DNA of 32,000 nt from contig NC_003450.3 of NCBI RefSeq assembly GCF_000011325.1, positions 2,850,001 through 2,882,000 on the forward strand, read 5' to 3'. The translations under genes and the position numbers were made by a program. Positions 7,611-15,736 of this stretch are shown here, one piece after another. The notes under the pieces are model-generated. The model saw only the letters and a list, made by a program, of their open reading frames with translations. It was not told where the DNA came from and made no database searches. The DNA comes from Corynebacterium glutamicum ATCC 13032 (lineage in GTDB: Bacteria; Actinomycetota; Actinomycetes; Mycobacteriales; Mycobacteriaceae). How positions within the stretch are numbered: position 1 is the stretch's first letter; the number at the start of each line of letters is the position of its first letter.

Positions 7611-9056
7611 TTAGTGAGCTTCTTCCTCGACGCGAGTGACGAAGAGGGAAACAACCAAAGCGATCACCGCGATGATTGCGCCTGCGATGAACGCAACCTT
7701 GGTACCAGCGGCAACAGCTTCAGCATGCGCAGATCCCGAAGACGCTGCAATGGAAGTGCCGAAGGAAAGTGCTGCAATCATGATCGCTGTTCCGGCTGCG
7801 CCTGCGAGCTGTTGGAACGTGTTCAAAATTGCGGAGCCGTGACCATAGAGGTGCTTCGGAAGGGCGCCGAGAGCGGTGGTCATGAGAGGGGTCATCATCA
7901 AACACATGCCGATGCTGAACACAACGTGCATGACCACGACCATCCACACGGGTGAATTCTCATTGAGGAAAGTCATCGAGGATGCCGCGATAGCCAGCGC
8001 AATTGCTCCGGGAATCAGCAGCGGACGTGGACCGACCTTGTCGTAGAAACGTCCGATGAATGGGCTGATCAGACCCTGGAGGAGGCCGCCGGGCATAACA
8101 ACCAAACCGGTCACCAAAGCAGTAACTCCGAGGGAAGTCTGCAGGTAGATTGGCAAAACCATGACGGTTCCGAGCATCGCGCCGAACGCCAAAAGGATGG
8201 TGGTCAAGGAGAAGCTGAAGTTCCTCACCTTGAAGGCTCGGAGATCCATCAGTGCTTTGTCTTGCTTGCCGAGTTGGTGCTGTCGCAAAGCAAAGATGAG
8301 GAGTGCGATGGCGCCAACGACGATCGCGAAGATACCTACGGTGCCTTCGCCCTCCAGGATTGCTCCGAAGGAACTGAAGCCGTACACCAAACCACCGAAG
8401 GCAAACACCGAAAGGATGACAGACAGAACATCCAGTGGGGTGATCTTGGTTTCGCCGATATTTTTGATCAAGAAGAAACCAATTACCAAAGCGATAACAA
8501 CGATCGGAAGCATCATCCAAAACAACCAGTGCCAGGTCAAAGAGTTAAGAATGACACCAGACAACGTAGGACCAAGCGCCGGCGCAACAGAAATCACGAT
8601 GGAAATAATGCCCATCATCGAACCACGACGCTCCGCAGGAACCACCGTCAACGTAACCGTCATCAGCAAAGGCATCACCAGCGCAGTACCAACCGCCTGA
8701 ACGATACGAGCACCAAGCAGCACCGCAAACGTTGGAGCCAACGCCGCAGTCAACGTACCAACCGTAAAGAACAACAACGCAGTAACAAAGATCGTCTTAG
8801 TGGAAAAACGATCAAGCAGATAACCAGTAGTTGGAATCACCACTGCCATCGTCAACATAAAGCCAGTGGTCAACCACTGTGCAGTAGTTTCAGGCACGGA
8901 GAAATCTTCCATGATGGAAGGCAACGCAACCGACAGAATGGTTTCATTAAGAATCATGATCATCGCGGAAACCACGAGGATCGAAAGAACAACAACGACC
9001 TCCCTAGGCAGCTTCGCAGCTGCCGGAGAGGTCTGAGTATTAATTTGGGAATCCAT
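7611..9056 (-). CDS. lmrB: MFS drug:H+ antiporter, DHA2 (EmrB/QacA, 14-TMS type) family; resembles the lincomycin-resistance pump LmrB of C. glutamicum
   Basis: 481-aa polytopic protein, hydrophobic throughout, with an MFS motif-A-like GYLLDRFSTKTIF after TM2. The size and N-terminus fit the corynebacterial LmrB as I recall it. The symbol is tentative. Confidence 0.8.
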   Translation of the reverse strand: MDSQINTQTSPAAAKLPREVVVVLSILVVSAMIMILNETILSVALPSIMEDFSVPETTAQWLTTGFMLTMAVVIPTTGYLLDRFSTKTIFVTALLFFTVGTLTAALAPTFAVLLGARIVQAVGTALVMPLLMTVTLTVVPAERRGSMMGIISIVISVAPALGPTLSGVILNSLTWHWLFWMMLPIVVIALVIGFFLIKNIGETKITPLDVLSVILSVFAFGGLVYGFSSFGAILEGEGTVGIFAIVVGAIALLIFALRQHQLGKQDKALMDLRAFKVRNFSFSLTTILLAFGAMLGTVMVLPIYLQTSLGVTALVTGLVVMPGGLLQGLISPFIGRFYDKVGPRPLLIPGAIALAIAASSMTFLNENSPVWMVVVMHVVFSIGMCLMMTPLMTTALGALPKHLYGHGSAILNTFQQLAGAAGTAIMIAALSFGTSIAASSGSAHAEAVAAGTKVAFIAGAIIAVIALVVSLFVTRVEEEAH

Positions 9057-9085
9057 GAATGGAGAAAAGGCCTTTCACAGCATGA

Positions 9086-9126
9086 AGCTCAGTTTCTAGA
9101 GTTCTCTAAAGTTGCGAAACTGAGCT
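9086..9126. promoter_or_regulatory. 11-bp perfect inverted repeat upstream of the MFS gene (candidate operator or 5'-UTR hairpin)
   Basis: agctcagtttc (9086-9096) and gaaactgagct (9116-9126) are separated by 19 bp. The spacer itself contains the tagag-tt-ctcta dyad. The repeat lies 30-70 nt upstream of the ATG at 9056. Confidence 0.4.
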
Positions 9127-9192
9127 ATGAGAAAAAACTACTAAAGAGTGCCACAAGCAAGTGCATTGTGCAAATGGTGGTTCTTGGAGTGT

Positions 9193-10146
9193 TTAGGCGG
9201 CTTGCTTGAGGTGCTCAGGTGGGGTCTTCTGCAAAGTGTTTTTGAGGATTCCGATGAACTCACACTCCCCATCTTGGTTGAGGTCTAACTGTTTCGGATC
9301 GATTCTTAAGACCGCATAGCCCTGATTGAGGAAGAATTTCTCCCGATCGCGTTCAGCCATGAGCACCTCATTGAGCTCCGGGGAATCATATTTCGAACGT
9401 CCATCAATCTCCACGATGATCCACTCATTGATCAAGAAATCGACGAGGAAATACTTGTTGTGCGATTGATCGAAACGGGCCTGCACCTTCACTGACTGGA
9501 TTTCCGGGAGCTTGGCCTCCCGAAGGATTAACCGAGCCCTCGTCTCCTGAGCACTATCCGAATTGGGAATCGACAACTCAATCGCCTGCCGATACGCCTT
9601 CACACCCCGATGCCTCGGGAAACTTTCCGCACTGTGCATTAACTTCTCACGCGTAAGCGATGGATTCTGTCTTCGAGCTGAATCAATAGTGACCACAGCC
9701 GCCACCACCCCATCATCCAAAGCGATGTCCAAAAATGTGCGGAACGCTCCCGTAACTCGGATCCCATGAACCTCTCGAATATCACGCGACGAGAGGTAAC
9801 GATCTTTATATCGCATCCCGGACGGCCAATGCTTGGAGGATTTTGAACGTAGCCTTTCCGGCAACAGACACAACACGGTTTTCTCAACAGTCAAAGTTTG
9901 GTATCCCCATAACCTCGCCGCAGACTGCCCCGCTACCACTGCTTTGTCCACAGTCATACCCACTGCAAAAGCTCGGGCGGCTGCTTTATCCCATGCAGGA
10001 AGGCTTCGGTACTTTTCAGCATTGATTGCGACTTCATGAGTGAGTTTAATCATTTGACCATTACTGATTGCCGCAGAAGTCTCGGTATCGCTATGCAGAA
10101 GTTTCGTGAGATTGACTAGTTGGAATTCTTCTTGCCAGTTTTTCAT
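9193..10146 (-). CDS. Hypothetical protein with C-terminal DUF559 / Vsr-like endonuclease-fold domain
   Basis: 317-aa ATG ORF. The C-terminal pattern FLVDFLINEWIIVEIDGRSKYD...ERDREKFFLNQGYAVLRI is typical of DUF559-type domains that are common as paralogs in Corynebacteriales. The N-terminal part is of the AbiEi/HTH-like type (weak call). Confidence 0.7.
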   Translation of the reverse strand: MKNWQEEFQLVNLTKLLHSDTETSAAISNGQMIKLTHEVAINAEKYRSLPAWDKAAARAFAVGMTVDKAVVAGQSAARLWGYQTLTVEKTVLCLLPERLRSKSSKHWPSGMRYKDRYLSSRDIREVHGIRVTGAFRTFLDIALDDGVVAAVVTIDSARRQNPSLTREKLMHSAESFPRHRGVKAYRQAIELSIPNSDSAQETRARLILREAKLPEIQSVKVQARFDQSHNKYFLVDFLINEWIIVEIDGRSKYDSPELNEVLMAERDREKFFLNQGYAVLRIDPKQLDLNQDGECEFIGILKNTLQKTPPEHLKQAA

Positions 10147-10192
10147 GACCCCACTATGGATCCGAAGGCATAAGAAGCCAAGGATGAACTTT

Positions 10193-10238
10193 GCAGAAAA
10201 CTGAAAACCTGTGGATAGATTGTTCTATCCACAGGTTT
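10193..10238 (-). terminator. Intrinsic terminator ending the lysS transcript (about 265 nt after the lysS stop)
   Basis: Perfect 15-bp stem aaacctgtggataga (10205-10219) / tctatccacaggttt (10224-10238) with a 4-nt loop. On the minus strand it is followed by UUUUCAGUUUUCU. Confidence 0.7.
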
Positions 10239-10283
10239 GGAGGATTCAAAATGCTGTTGGTAGCTGGAGTGTGCTAATAGGCG

Positions 10284-10406
10284 ACTTCACGTACTCGACT
10301 TCGCGTGCTCAACTTCACGTGTGCTGACTTCAGTGGGCGATGTCAGGATTTTCTACCGAAGTCGTGTGGTGAGAAGTTGAGTATGAGAAGTCAGCACACG
10401 TGATGT
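10284..10406. repeat. Dyad-symmetric array of phased ACTTC / GAAGT pentamers, including a 16-bp perfect inverted repeat
   Basis: ACTTC occurs at 10284, 10298, 10312 and 10327. GAAGT occurs at 10358, 10373 and 10387, so spacing is 14-15 bp throughout. cacgtgtgctgacttc (10316-10331) is the exact reverse complement of gaagtcagcacacgtg (10387-10402). Confidence 0.8.
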
Positions 10407-10502
10407 CGCCCCTTCAGCCACTAAAAGATCCCCGGCAAGCCGGAGGTCCTTGGAGTCAAACAGCTCAAACTCCAGTCCATCCCAAGCACAAAGAGCAAAA
10501 AC

Positions 10503-12083
10503 CTACTTTTGTTCTGGTTTCACCATTGGGAAGAGTACGGTTTCGCGGATTCCGAGGCCGGTGAGGGCCATGAGGAGGCGGTCGATTCCCATGCCGTTGC
10601 CGGAGGTTGGTGGCATGCCTTGTTCCATTGCGGTGAGGAAGTCTTCGTCGAGGACCATGGCTTCGTCGTCTCCGTCGGCGGCGAGGCGGGCTTGGTCTTC
10701 GAAGCGTTCGCGTTGGATGACTGGGTCGATGAGTTCGGAGTATCCGGTTGCTAGTTCAAATCCGCGGACGTAGAGGTCCCACTTTTCGGTGACGCCTGGC
10801 TTGGTGCGGTGTTGGCGTGTGAGTGGGGAGGTTTCTACTGGGAAGTCTTTGACAAAGATTGGTCCGTAGAGTTGGTCTTCGCAGAGGAGTTCCCAGATTT
10901 CTTCGACGAGTTTGCCGTGTCCCCAGCCGCCGTTTTCGGGGACGGAGAGGCCGATTACCTTGGCGATTTCGCGGAGTTCTTCGACGGTGGAGTCGATGGT
11001 TACTTCTGGTTGTCCTGGGAATTTGCGTGCGAGGGCTTCGTTGAGGGAAGGGTACATCTCGATGACTTTCCACTCGCCGCCGAGGTCGTATTCGGTGCCG
11101 TCTGCGAGGGTGACCAGGGTGGTTCCGAAGACTTCTTGGGCGACGGATTGGACGAGACCCTTGATCAGTTTCGCGCCGGTTTCGTAGGTTCCCCAGGCTT
11201 CGTAGGTTTCGAGCATGGCGAATTCTGGGGAGTGGGAGGAGTCGACGCCTTCGTTGCGGAAGTTGCGGTTGACTTCGAAGACGCGCTCGATGCCGCCGAC
11301 AACGCAGCGCTTGAGGTAAAGCTCTGGTGCGATGCGCAGGTAGAGGTCAATGTCGAGGGCGTTGGAGTGGGTTTCGAATGGTCGTGCTGCTGCGCCACCG
11401 TGGAGGGTTTGCAGCATGGGGGTTTCTACCTCAAGGAAGTCTTGGTCTTCGAGGTAGTGGCGGAGTGCACGCATGACCTTGATGCGGGTGAGCGCGTTGG
11501 TGCGGGCTTGTTCGCGCATGATGAGGTCGGTGTAGCGGTGGCGGACGCGGGTGTCTTCGCTGAGGTCCGCGAATGCGACTGGCAGTGGGCGCAGGGACTT
11601 GGAGGCCATGTGCCAGGAGTCAGCCATCACGGAGAGTTCGCCACGCTTGGAGGAGATTACTTTGCCGCGGACGGAAACGATGTCACCCATGTCCACATCG
11701 GCTTTCCAGGCCTTGAGGGATTCTTCACCGACTGCTGCCAGGGACAGCATTGCTTGGACGGTGGTGCCGTTTCCTTCTTGGATGGATGCGAAGCAGAGCT
11801 TGCCGGTGTTGCGAACGAACATGACGCGGCCAGCGATTGCGACCTCAACGTCGGTTTCTTCGCCTACTTCGAGGTAGGTTACGCCTTCTTCGCGCTCTTG
11901 GAGGTCTTCTGTAATGACAACAAATTGGGAGCGCAGGTCAGAGATTGAGATGGTGCGATCAACCTCGACTGGGTAGGCGTCCAATCCACTGTCCAGAATG
12001 CGCTCGCGCTTTTCGCGACGAATTCGCAGCTGCTCAGGCAAATCGGCGGAATTGTTCTTGGAAGTGGGATTGGAATTAGTCAC
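10503..12083 (-). CDS. lysS: Lysine--tRNA ligase, class II
   Basis: 526 aa with a GTG start preceded by AGGAAA. It has an N-terminal OB-fold region and class II motifs ([16 protein letters not shown]). Confidence 0.95.
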   Translation of the reverse strand: MTNSNPTSKNNSADLPEQLRIRREKRERILDSGLDAYPVEVDRTISISDLRSQFVVITEDLQEREEGVTYLEVGEETDVEVAIAGRVMFVRNTGKLCFASIQEGNGTTVQAMLSLAAVGEESLKAWKADVDMGDIVSVRGKVISSKRGELSVMADSWHMASKSLRPLPVAFADLSEDTRVRHRYTDLIMREQARTNALTRIKVMRALRHYLEDQDFLEVETPMLQTLHGGAAARPFETHSNALDIDLYLRIAPELYLKRCVVGGIERVFEVNRNFRNEGVDSSHSPEFAMLETYEAWGTYETGAKLIKGLVQSVAQEVFGTTLVTLADGTEYDLGGEWKVIEMYPSLNEALARKFPGQPEVTIDSTVEELREIAKVIGLSVPENGGWGHGKLVEEIWELLCEDQLYGPIFVKDFPVETSPLTRQHRTKPGVTEKWDLYVRGFELATGYSELIDPVIQRERFEDQARLAADGDDEAMVLDEDFLTAMEQGMPPTSGNGMGIDRLLMALTGLGIRETVLFPMVKPEQK

Positions 12084-12129
12084 GATTTCCTAGGGTAGTC
12101 GAAAGGTATGCGAACTGGGTAAACCGGGA

Positions 12130-12954
12130 TCAGCCTTCGATGTTTTTGAAGCCGATTCCAAGGGGTAGGCCGACGTTGTCGTGGAGTTGGACATCGCCAA
12201 GCGTGATGGCTGCGAAGAGTCGGGCGTCTCCGATTTCGGGGGCTGGTCCAAGATCCAGGCCACGGATTTCTACATAATCGGGGGTCACGCCTGCGGCTTT
12301 GAGCACTTGCGTGACTGTTTCTTTAACCACTGCCTCGCCGTGTTCTGCCGAATGCGCACCGGCGGTGAGGGCTGCTGCCAGGCTCAATGCCGTTTCGCGG
12401 GAGTCTTCGGGCACTGAAATATTACGCAGGGAAATGGCTAGTCCATCTGGCATGCGCACGGTTGGAACAGAATGCAGTTTTACTGGAATATGCAGATCAT
12501 TAAGGGCGCGCTGGACTAGAACCACCAGCTCATAGTCCTTTTCACCGAGCACCACATCAGTTGCTCCGGTGATTCCCAACAGCCCCAGCACCTTGGTTAC
12601 TTCCGCACCTTGTGGGGTAAGTGTTGGGCCACCTGTAACTTCCACCCGGATGCCGTGAGGCCATAGCGTTTCGGGATTGAACGGGAAGATCGCGTCGATA
12701 AGCTCTTCCCTTAAACGTGCGTGATCCGATTCCGGGCCGGCATAGGCGACGACGACCACCGCACCGGGGATGCGTTTTGCTGCGCGGATGAGCGCAATAT
12801 GGCCTGCGTGGAGGCCATTTCCCAAGGGTACGAGCACCACTGGTTTGCCGGTTTTGCGCAGGGCGCTGCCGAACATGCGGATCTGCTCGACGGTATCAAA
12901 AACTCTGCCCTGACCATGCGTGAAACTCAACGGTCCTCCTTCTGAATTGCCCAC
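12130..12954 (-). CDS. Pantoate--beta-alanine ligase (PanC)-like protein with degenerate active-site motifs
   Basis: 274 aa in the syntenic position of actinobacterial panC. It keeps LVPLGNGLHAGH (HxGH), GEKDYEL and SLRN. It lacks the NPxQF segment and the RPxHFxGV motif. The GTG start overlaps the upstream gene by 28 nt, so the start is uncertain. Confidence 0.7.
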   Translation of the reverse strand: MGNSEGGPLSFTHGQGRVFDTVEQIRMFGSALRKTGKPVVLVPLGNGLHAGHIALIRAAKRIPGAVVVVAYAGPESDHARLREELIDAIFPFNPETLWPHGIRVEVTGGPTLTPQGAEVTKVLGLLGITGATDVVLGEKDYELVVLVQRALNDLHIPVKLHSVPTVRMPDGLAISLRNISVPEDSRETALSLAAALTAGAHSAEHGEAVVKETVTQVLKAAGVTPDYVEIRGLDLGPAPEIGDARLFAAITLGDVQLHDNVGLPLGIGFKNIEG

Positions 12955-13622
12955 AGCTCAATATCTTGCGCGCGGGAAATCTCTGCCTGCCTGCGCGCCA
13001 AATCCCGGAAAAGGCGTTGCCTGCCGGGGTTGTTAATCGAATCGTACTGGGCAATGACCTCATCCAACGAAGGCAGTGCCTGGAATTGCTGTGCGGAATC
13101 CATAACGATGTCAGAGGTCACATCGGGATCGCCAAGAAATTCATCCAGGAAATACGACGCATCGCGCTGCAAGGTGCTTAAAAATCCGGCATAGGTCAGC
13201 GCTGCAGCCAACTGTGCGCGCTTGTCATCGGCGATCTCGACAATCGAGCCACCGAGCTCCCCCACCAAAAGCCCCACGATGGTCTCCCCCAACTCATCCA
13301 ACGCGGACGCCACCCACCGGTCCTGACCAATCGGGTGCGCAGACATCACGATGCCGCCGGACGTCTCCAGCGGATCCATCACAGTGATGCCGTGCGTGAG
13401 CGAGGTATGCAGGAACATCTGGCCACGGCGCGCAAAAGCAGAAAGCTTTTCGACGTACCCCTCCACCCCGTGGGCATCAATCACGACAAGCTCAAAGTCA
13501 CGAATATCTTCGGGCGCGTGAAGCACAGTCACGTAGTGCCCGACAGAATCTAATTTCTCCGCCATGTTGACGGTGGATGATCCATCATCAAAAATTCCAA
13601 CGCGAAGGCGAGGAGCCTGCAT
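12927..13622 (-). CDS. Conserved hypothetical protein, Rossmann-like/DUF2520-type (Rv3603c-like position)
   Basis: 231-aa ATG ORF whose start shares one base with the upstream stop (TAATG). Its position between the membrane proteins and the panC-like gene matches mycobacterial synteny as I recall it. Confidence 0.7.
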   Translation of the reverse strand: MQAPRLRVGIFDDGSSTVNMAEKLDSVGHYVTVLHAPEDIRDFELVVIDAHGVEGYVEKLSAFARRGQMFLHTSLTHGITVMDPLETSGGIVMSAHPIGQDRWVASALDELGETIVGLLVGELGGSIVEIADDKRAQLAAALTYAGFLSTLQRDASYFLDEFLGDPDVTSDIVMDSAQQFQALPSLDEVIAQYDSINNPGRQRLFRDLARRQAEISRAQDIELWAIQKEDR

Positions 13623-14371
13623 TAGTTGTTTTCCTTTTTCCTTGCTGCTGCCAGAAGATCAGCCACGCTCAAACCGCCTTGGCGTTCATCTTTGCGTCGG
13701 CGTCCGCCAGTTTCTTCGGGAGCTGCGTGCCTACGCCTTCTGCGACCTGGTGCTGGTTCTTCCTCAGCTTCGACAGCAACTTCAACTGGCTCAGGTTCTG
13801 GTACTGGTTCCGGCACCGGTGCAGGTTCCGGCATTGGCTCTGGAACTGCAACAGGCTCCGGGACTTCTGGCTGCGGTGCCTGGAACTGCTGGGAAAGCTG
13901 CTGGGATTCCAACTCAAGGATTCGTCGGGCTTCGGCACGCAGCATGGTTGGCTCATAGCCCCATTCACGGCCAGAAAGCTCAGACAGCTGGGTGCGCATT
14001 TCCTCCAGTTGAAGTTTGATTTCCTCAAGGGTTTCCTGATCGCGTGCACGACGGGATTCAGAAATCTCCATTTTTTCTTGGACGAGTTCAGCTTCTAGTC
14101 GGTTGAGTTCAGATTGGTGTGCGTATTCGAGGGTTTCCTTCTCCCGCGCAGCAGCTTCGACTTGTTTGCGGGACCGATAAACAAGGAAGAATCCGATGAT
14201 TGCCGCCCACAGCGCTGCAAGAAGTGCTATTTTCATGGCGCCGTCACTGTTGGCCAGCAGCATGATGACGCTGGCAATCAGGGCAAGTCCAATGAGTACT
14301 GCTAGCAGAATCTGTCCACGGTCGACAGAATTGCCGTCGCCGGAATCCTCGTGTGACAGGTCTTGATTCAT
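13622..14371 (-). CDS. Membrane protein with coiled-coil segment and PEP-repeat, basic C-terminus (Rv3604c-like position)
   Basis: Two hydrophobic helices (ILLAVLIGLALIASVIMLLA, IALLAALWAAIIGFFLVY) are followed by an E/Q/R-rich helical stretch. Then comes PEVPEPVAVPEPMPEPAPVPEPVPEPEPVEV and an RRRRR-rich tail. The ATG at 14371 is preferred; an alternative GTG at 14422 would overlap the upstream gene by 41 nt. Confidence 0.75.
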   Translation of the reverse strand: MNQDLSHEDSGDGNSVDRGQILLAVLIGLALIASVIMLLANSDGAMKIALLAALWAAIIGFFLVYRSRKQVEAAAREKETLEYAHQSELNRLEAELVQEKMEISESRRARDQETLEEIKLQLEEMRTQLSELSGREWGYEPTMLRAEARRILELESQQLSQQFQAPQPEVPEPVAVPEPMPEPAPVPEPVPEPEPVEVAVEAEEEPAPGRRRRRHAAPEETGGRRRKDERQGGLSVADLLAAARKKENN

Positions 14372-14381
14372 GAATTCCAAT

Positions 14382-14849
14382 CTAGCTGATCGCTTCGCCA
14401 GATTGGGGAGGCGGAGCCTCACAGCTTCGCTCTAAATAAAGTCCGGCAGCTGAGAGTGCGATTCCGCCCAGCGCACAGGCAATAACTCCCGGAAGATCAT
14501 TCGATGCTGCGGACAACTCACCGGCGCGTGGGATTACATAACTGCCAATTCCCACATAAACGCCGCCGAAAATTGCGCCACCCCACGCACACGCTCGACC
14601 CAGCATGGCCAGATAGGCAATGGTCACGGGGTTCATTTGGGATTTGTCCTGGCCGATCAGCCCCTCATCGAGGCGACCTTGGACCTTCACACCTGCGAAA
14701 CCACACACCACGGCCAACAACCAAAAAGTGATGGATACCGTGATGGAAATAGAGGTCATGGATCCATAAAAACGCCACGTCAAAATGGCGGACACAGCGG
14801 CGAGGAAACCTCCCGTTGCGATCAACCAACCCGCTGACGTTTTCTGCAT
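14382..14849 (-). CDS. DUF3180-like integral membrane protein (Rv3605c-like position)
   Basis: About 155 aa with four hydrophobic segments, immediately downstream of folK. AGGAG lies 11 nt before the ATG at 14849, whereas the ORF-track GTG at 14858 is too close to that SD. Confidence 0.75.
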   Translation of the reverse strand: MQKTSAGWLIATGGFLAAVSAILTWRFYGSMTSISITVSITFWLLAVVCGFAGVKVQGRLDEGLIGQDKSQMNPVTIAYLAMLGRACAWGGAIFGGVYVGIGSYVIPRAGELSAASNDLPGVIACALGGIALSAAGLYLERSCEAPPPQSGEAIS

Positions 14850-14864
14850 GAAAGCCACGACTCC

Positions 14865-15344
14865 TTAAATCTTGGTGACACCTTCAATGTCTGTGGGATC
14901 AAGATTATCCACATGTTCTGCAATGGTCGTGCCGTGCAGGACGGCATCAGGTTCTGCTTCCAACCAAGGGATCAACACGAAGGCACGCTGCCAAGCCCAA
15001 GGGTGTGGCAAGGTCAGTTCGGGATCCTCAGAAAGGATCTCTTCCCCATCTTTAATGATCTGCACGATATCCACATCGAGGGTGCGTGGCCCCCATTTGC
15101 GGACGCGGACCCGCTCGGCGGCTTCTTCGAGTTTTTGGCCACGGCGCAGCAACTCGATGGGGGTTTCTTCAACCTCAACAACGAGCACTGCGTTGAGGAA
15201 TTCATCCTGATCCTCAATGCCCCACGGTGGGGTTGAGTAGATCGCAGACTGCGCCACGATCTCATCTTTGAATTCCTCGATCACTGTGTTGAGCAGCGCG
15301 TAGCGATCATCCATGTTGGAACCGATGGACAAAACTGCATGCAT
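14865..15344 (-). CDS. folK: 2-amino-4-hydroxy-6-hydroxymethyldihydropteridine diphosphokinase (HPPK)
   Basis: 159 aa with the motifs LSIGSN, STPPWG, DQDEFLNAV, PRTLDVDIV and LTLPHPWAWQRAFVLIPW. It has a TAATG overlap with folB. Confidence 0.93.
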   Translation of the reverse strand: MHAVLSIGSNMDDRYALLNTVIEEFKDEIVAQSAIYSTPPWGIEDQDEFLNAVLVVEVEETPIELLRRGQKLEEAAERVRVRKWGPRTLDVDIVQIIKDGEEILSEDPELTLPHPWAWQRAFVLIPWLEAEPDAVLHGTTIAEHVDNLDPTDIEGVTKI

Positions 15345-15736
15345 TAGGCGTTGCTCCTTCCAGCAGCCATGGATTTCCTGGAACGTCGGGCAACCACCGC
15401 GACGTCAGCAAAAGTACGTGGGATCGGTGCTTTGGGCTTATGGATGGTTACTTCCACCGCATGAAGCGCATCAAATTTAGCCATCACAGCATCCGCAGAT
15501 TCCGTGGCCACCGTCTCGATCAAATCCCTGGATGGGCCTTCCACGATTTCAGCAACCAACAATGCCAACGCGCCGTAATCTACGGTGTCGGAAAGGTCAT
15601 CGCTGGCACCTGCGGCATCGAAATCCATCCAGCAGGTGACATCCACAATGAAGGGCTGGCCTTGCTCTTTTTCAAAGTCGAACACACCGTGGTGTCCGAA
15701 GCATTCAAGGCCTTTAAGTTCAATACGATCAGCCAT
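15344..15736 (-). CDS. folB: Dihydroneopterin aldolase
   Basis: The [29 protein letters not shown] start at 15736 overlaps the folP stop by 8 nt. The longer ORF-track start at 15814 would lie inside folP. Confidence 0.9.
   Translation of the reverse strand: MADRIELKGLECFGHHGVFDFEKEQGQPFIVDVTCWMDFDAAGASDDLSDTVDYGALALLVAEIVEGPSRDLIETVATESADAVMAKFDALHAVEVTIHKPKAPIPRTFADVAVVARRSRKSMAAGRSNA

Noticed and set aside
8262-9209. 315-aa plus-strand ORF, and 8161-8700 and 7584-7955
   Set aside because: These are antisense to the MFS transporter. The products are R/H/Q/N-rich low-complexity sequence. The minus-strand frame gives a coherent 14-TMS-type protein.
10284-10406. Possible CRISPR array (also considered for 23631-23773)
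   Set aside because: The repeats are only 5-16 bp or number 2-3 degenerate units. They change orientation midway, have no uniform spacers, and no cas genes are present in the window.
1820-10502. Mobile genetic element or prophage remnant carrying the paralog triplet
   Set aside because: I found no integrase, transposase, recombinase or phage structural genes. I also found no tRNA attachment site and no terminal inverted or direct repeats. Only the composition and the synteny break suggest accessory status.
10809-11948. 379-aa plus-strand ORF, plus smaller ones at 10450-10773, 10859-11187 and 11551-11877
   Set aside because: It is entirely antisense to lysS, which has unmistakable class II synthetase motifs. 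The composition (G/F/V/E/D-rich, no start context) is typical of shadow ORFs in high-GC genes.
13790-13870. Nucleotide-level tandem periodicity (ggttccgg / ggctccgg) as a non-coding repeat
   Set aside because: It lies inside a well-supported minus-strand CDS and simply encodes the PEP/PVPE amino-acid repeat.
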